Of a stretch of DNA of 64,000 bases, positions 59,826 to 64,000 are shown one piece after another. A program made the position numbers and the translations under genes. The notes below the pieces were generated by a model that saw only the letters and a list, made by a program, of their open reading frames with translations, ran no database searches and had not been told where the DNA came from. Source of the stretch: Macrostomum lignano (lineage: Eukaryota); NCBI GenBank assembly GCA_002269645.1, contig NIVC01001020.1, positions 248,001 to 312,000 of the forward strand. Reading direction: 5' to 3'. How positions within the stretch are numbered: the first letter of the stretch is position 1; each line of letters starts with the position of its first letter.

Positions 59826-60188
59826 TTTTTTTATTAGAGGCAGGGGGGTTGTGTGCACCCTGGCGCAATTTAAGCATCATTGGCACACAACCGGCGAGAG
59901 GCATTACTGCCCATTCTGCCGACTCCCCTGAGCAGGCATACAAGCGCGCGGATACGTTACACAGGCACACACTCACACAGGAGTGTACAACGGCCCTAAC
60001 TTTATCAATTGTTAGGCATGTACACTTCTCTGCACATTGGGGGGTTGGCTCTCAAGGCCGTTAATTGCACAAGCAAGCCAAGCCAAGATTCCAATCCAGC
60101 CCCAAATTAATGTGACTGCACTTGGAATCGAGCCTAGGTCGCGGCACACCAGAGCAGCTACACTACTACTGGGCTACGCCCCCCCCCT
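59826..60188 (-). mobile_element. tRNA-derived SINE with 12-13 bp target-site duplication
   Basis: A-box-like TAGCCCAGTAG (60176-60166) and B-box-like GGCTCGATTCC (60134-60124) at tRNA-like spacing, with a 3' AATAAAAAAA tail. Direct repeat AATAGACCCCCA at 59814-59825 and 60189-60200. Confidence 0.72.
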
Positions 60189-60194
60189 AATAGA

Positions 60195-60570
60195 CCCCCA
60201 TGCCTCTATTGAAGTTTAATTATGTTAAATCAATCCCTATGAAGATTCTCCCCACCCTTAAACCCCTCATTCCCCATGCCTTGGTGGTTCAGTGGTCAGT
60301 GGTTGTTAGCCACCCCCCCCCTATTAGATCCCCCCTTGGGTTTGGAATTGATTTACCTAATCTTCAATAAACCCCCATGCCTCTATTGAAGTTTAGGTAT
60401 ATAAAATCTATCCTCATGAAGATTCTCCCCAAAATCTCCCCCCCCCATTCTCTATGCCCTATTGTTGGTGGTTATTAGACCTCTATGCCTCTATTAAAGT
60501 TTAGGTACATAAAATCATTTCCCACAAAGATTCTCCCCACCCTAAAACCCCCCATTCCCTGGTGGTTGGC
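60195..60570 (+). repeat. Three diverged local copies of CCCATGCCTCTATTGAAGTTTA...GAAGATTCTCCCCA
   Basis: Copies start near 60196, 60374 and 60480. Confidence 0.75.
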
Positions 60571-61027
60571 TTTAAGCTACAAAAAATGAAGCTTAAATTT
60601 CAAATCAGCACCATCAAAAACCTCTATAGCTATAGAGACAAAATTATGATCCTATCAAAATTGCAATTATTTTATATCTACCTAGGCCTAAAGTTTAAGA
60701 AGTCCAAAAATTTGAAATCATTAGTCTATGTGATTAGATAGTGCTGACTTAGATTGTAAGAGGTATCAAGTGTCTTAATTAATAGAAATTAGAGTTGCCC
60801 TGACCGACTAATGTCTCTTAGTTGGCCAGCTGGCCACCTTGCTAGAGCATTTGACCTTTGCCATCTGGTCCCATGTGGACTGCTAATAACTTACATTTAT
60901 ATTATATTATGAGCTTTCTTTAGCAAATAATAAAAAACTATTGGCCTTAGATTTAGTATTATTAAATACTAAGTATTAGTATTAATATTTTAGTATTATA
61001 ATACTAAAATACTATAGGAGTATAGCT

Positions 61028-61602
61028 AAAATATTTTGGCAATCTTCAAGTTTCGTTCATTAAATTATTTTTTCAATGATTTCTGAACTATCTTGCCCTG
61101 AGATGATTATTTTCAAGTTCCCCAGTGTACCCAGCCCTTTCCTAGCTGAGAAAGTAGCAGCTTTGTTAATATTATATATCTAATGTACCGTAAAGCCATT
61201 GGTAGGCAAAGGAATGTCTATGGCCCATATTACGGTAATATAATGATGATGTGGCTTTCACTGACATAGCATTTTAGCAAAGAACGTCTATCGGGAATAA
61301 AGATGCTACTGTATACCGTTGCTACTGAACTGGACTGCTACTACTGCCCCTGTTGTACCCCACTGTATTACTATTTCTGTCTGTTTGTACTTAGCGTTAC
61401 ATGTTAGCTTTGCTTGTTTGCATCTTATATTTCTGGCTTTATGGTAGGTTAGAGGTTAATATTAACAAAGCTGCTACTTTCTCAGCTAGGAAAGGGCTGG
61501 GTACACTGGGGAACTCAAAAATAATCATCTTAGGGCAAGATAGTTCAGAAATCATTGAAAAAATAATTTAATGAATGAAACTTGAAGATTGCCAATATTT
61601 TT
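61028..61602. mobile_element. Foldback/MITE-like element with about 146-bp inverted arms
   Basis: 61028-61174 is the reverse complement of 61457-61602 apart from 4 transitions and one 2-nt indel. The spacer is about 282 bp. No TSD was recognised. Confidence 0.72.
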
Positions 61603-63474
61603 ATTAGGCTAAACGCCTAAAGTTAAGCTAAAATTAAAACAGTAGGATATGAGTAGGTCAGCTTTAAAAGATAAATAATACCTTAGTTTTTAAAATAAAA
61701 GTTTCTACAAAGCACTCATTACTAAATTAGGACTCACTTTCTATATTTTTTACTTTTGTGTCCAATTCTAATTTAGGCCTATAATTTAGGCACCAAAAAG
61801 TAAACTGGGGCAGTAAATATTAGGCATTCAAAAGCATAGATATAAACATTTTTGCGCTTTTTTGTGCTAATCTTAATATGACAAAAAACTTGAACCCTTG
61901 AAGAAGTGTAGCCATAATTAATTTAAAGAAGTGTATATTACTATATTCTATTTGTGATATATAAAACAAAATTTATTGCAAATAGAAGGTTATTAGCTTC
62001 TAAAAAGGGGTCTTTTATTGTTGAAACTGAATCTAGGATTAATTTGATTCTACATAACATTATTTAATATGTAGGCCTATTCTATTGACACTGGCTGCTA
62101 ACGCCTAGGCAGCTAGGCTCATATAGTATAGTAGAGATATATATTATTAAATTGACAAATTACAGTTTTAGGAACAAAAAGGCAGTTTTGTACAGCTAGG
62201 CAAGCTAGGCCTAGCTACATACCTACACGGCTACAGGCACAGCCCAAAGGCTACATTCACTACAACTACAAATAACGCACGCAGTTATCTGAGAAGATTT
62301 CTGAAAACATTGCTAAATTTTACTTGATTTTTTAGGAGTTTCTGGATCTGTACGTCAATGTTCCTTGACATGACCACTGACCAGTACCATGAGGGCAAGA
62401 CATTAATTGTCGCAACATTTTTGGTTGTTTGTTTTATATTCAACTTCCACTTAACAACATAACTAATATACAACACAAAATTACGATAACAGTTTTTAAA
62501 TTTGTAGTGCCGATTAAAACAAGGTTATACGTATTTTTTGTGCTGATAACTTTATGAAACGCAATAATAATAAAAAAGTATTTAAAGCTTATTAAAGCAA
62601 ATAAATTAGCTGTTTAAAAAACTGCTGTATATAAATGTCGTTTAATCAGATTTTCAAGTTACATATTTTCTAAGAAAGCTTCCTTTATAAATACTAGGTA
62701 GTGCGATTTGATTTGATTGTATTCTGCTCTCTTGGATTGTTGTTGATCTTTATCTTACTAAGCTGATTATGCAGTGTCGAGATTGTATCGTAACTTTCAA
62801 AAAGAAAATCGAATTGATATCAGAAAATAATTTGCGTAAAACATCGTGAGCAGGAAAAAATAATGACGTTTTTACCCTCGTGTATTTTTGTGTCTTTGTT
62901 TTTATTAAATCTACTTGCAAAACAAGTTATATATATTTCCTGTTTGTACATGACACTTCAATTTATAATTTTAAATATTTTTCTCAATCACCAAAAGACT
63001 GGAAAACTGTACAAATTTGTAATAGGTAAATTGAAACTATATCAGTTGGTAATGGTATAGTAGTGAATAGTGCATATACAGTACAATGTAGCAATTGGGA
63101 CTGGGTTACCTAGCAGTTGGCTAGCTAGCTAGATAGCACAGTTAATAATTGAATATTGCGAGCTATTTCTAATTTTGTGTAATTTTCACAAAAATACAAA
63201 AATTTAAATTCGCTACAAAATATTTTGTTAACTATGTGTATCCTATATACTAAAAATGAAAATCTTGCTTGTGTGCTTGTATTACCTAGAAGTATTTAGA
63301 TATAGTTTTAGATAAAACACAGCTTCATTGTACCTAAAAAAGTTGGCGTGACATGTAAAAGCACATCAATTGTGTGACGTCTTGCGTGCATGATTTAAAA
63401 AAAAGTATTTATCGGATCCTTATGCTAAACAATACATATTTCAGACCCTGGTTTATGATCAATCTGGGGCAATA

Positions 63475-64000
63475 ATGATGGAAGAGCTTCCAAAGTTACC
63501 ACCCCGACAATGGGTATCAGTGTCTCAGCATGCACCAGAGGAAACGTTCACGCTGGCCTCTTACAACATTTTATCGGAACAGCTGCTCAGAAAATCGTCA
63601 TATTTTCACAAGATCAAACCGGAGAATTGGAATCGTGATGTGCGTCACCTACGGCTAATCACTGAACTCGAAAGTCTGAACACCGATCTACTCTGTCTGC
63701 AGGAAGTCGACAGGGACTACTGGGTGCAACATTTGGAGACGGACTTGCGGCTGCGTGGATTCACAATCTGTGCCTGCAGTTGGCGCAGCGCTGCTCCAGT
63801 CGAAGGTGTCGTCATTTGTGCCCGAGACGCTACTCTCCGACGAGTAAACGTCGCCAAAGAGAGTTCGGGTTTGAATGACGGCGGCTGTCTGTCAGATTTG
63901 GTGACGGCTCGATTGCTGAATGCCCGACAGCCAGACTTTGAAGCGCTCTCTGAATACGCATCGGCACCGCAGCGGTATTGCCTCCTGCGACTCGAGCATA
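63475..64000 (+). CDS. EEP-superfamily hydrolase, CCR4/nocturnin/angel/PDE12-like, 5' part
   Basis: Open frame to the window end: MMEELPKLPPRQWV...FTLASYNILSEQLL...RHLRLITELESLNTDLLCLQEVD. SYNIL and LCLQEV are EEP motifs. An acceptor TTTCAG at 63439-63444 lies in frame upstream, so an earlier coding exon is possible. Confidence 0.8.
   Translation, partial: MMEELPKLPPRQWVSVSQHAPEETFTLASYNILSEQLLRKSSYFHKIKPENWNRDVRHLRLITELESLNTDLLCLQEVDRDYWVQHLETDLRLRGFTICACSWRSAAPVEGVVICARDATLRRVNVAKESSGLNDGGCLSDLVTARLLNARQPDFEALSEYASAPQRYCLLRLEH

Overview
Eukaryotic (animal) genomic DNA with spliceosomal introns, GC-rich exons and a different minisatellite in most introns. This architecture suggests a Macrostomum-like free-living flatworm (inference, not verified). 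Seven protein-coding loci can be reconstructed by hand with phase-consistent exon chains: a cullin-1 (5' exon only, minus), FANCM (plus, 7 exons, about 1852 aa), a transglutaminase (plus, 12 exons, about 713 aa), an ELF/E74-class ETS factor (plus, probably two promoters), REV1 (minus, 8 exons, about 1189 aa), TOM40 (minus, 2 exons) and the start of a CCR4/nocturnin/angel-type EEP hydrolase (plus, truncated by the window end). Features not explained by the ORF track include: an intact minimal type I hammerhead ribozyme and a second copy decayed at its CpG sites, a Helitron-like element carrying two minisatellite arrays, a tRNA-derived SINE with a target-site duplication, foldback/MITE relics with almost only transition differences, an AP-1 site cluster upstream of the ETS gene, and 12 perfect ETS sites embedded in a REV1 coding repeat. 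No CRISPR array, rRNA or intact tRNA was found. Most long ORFs in the track are read-throughs of tandem repeats or antisense shadows of real exons.
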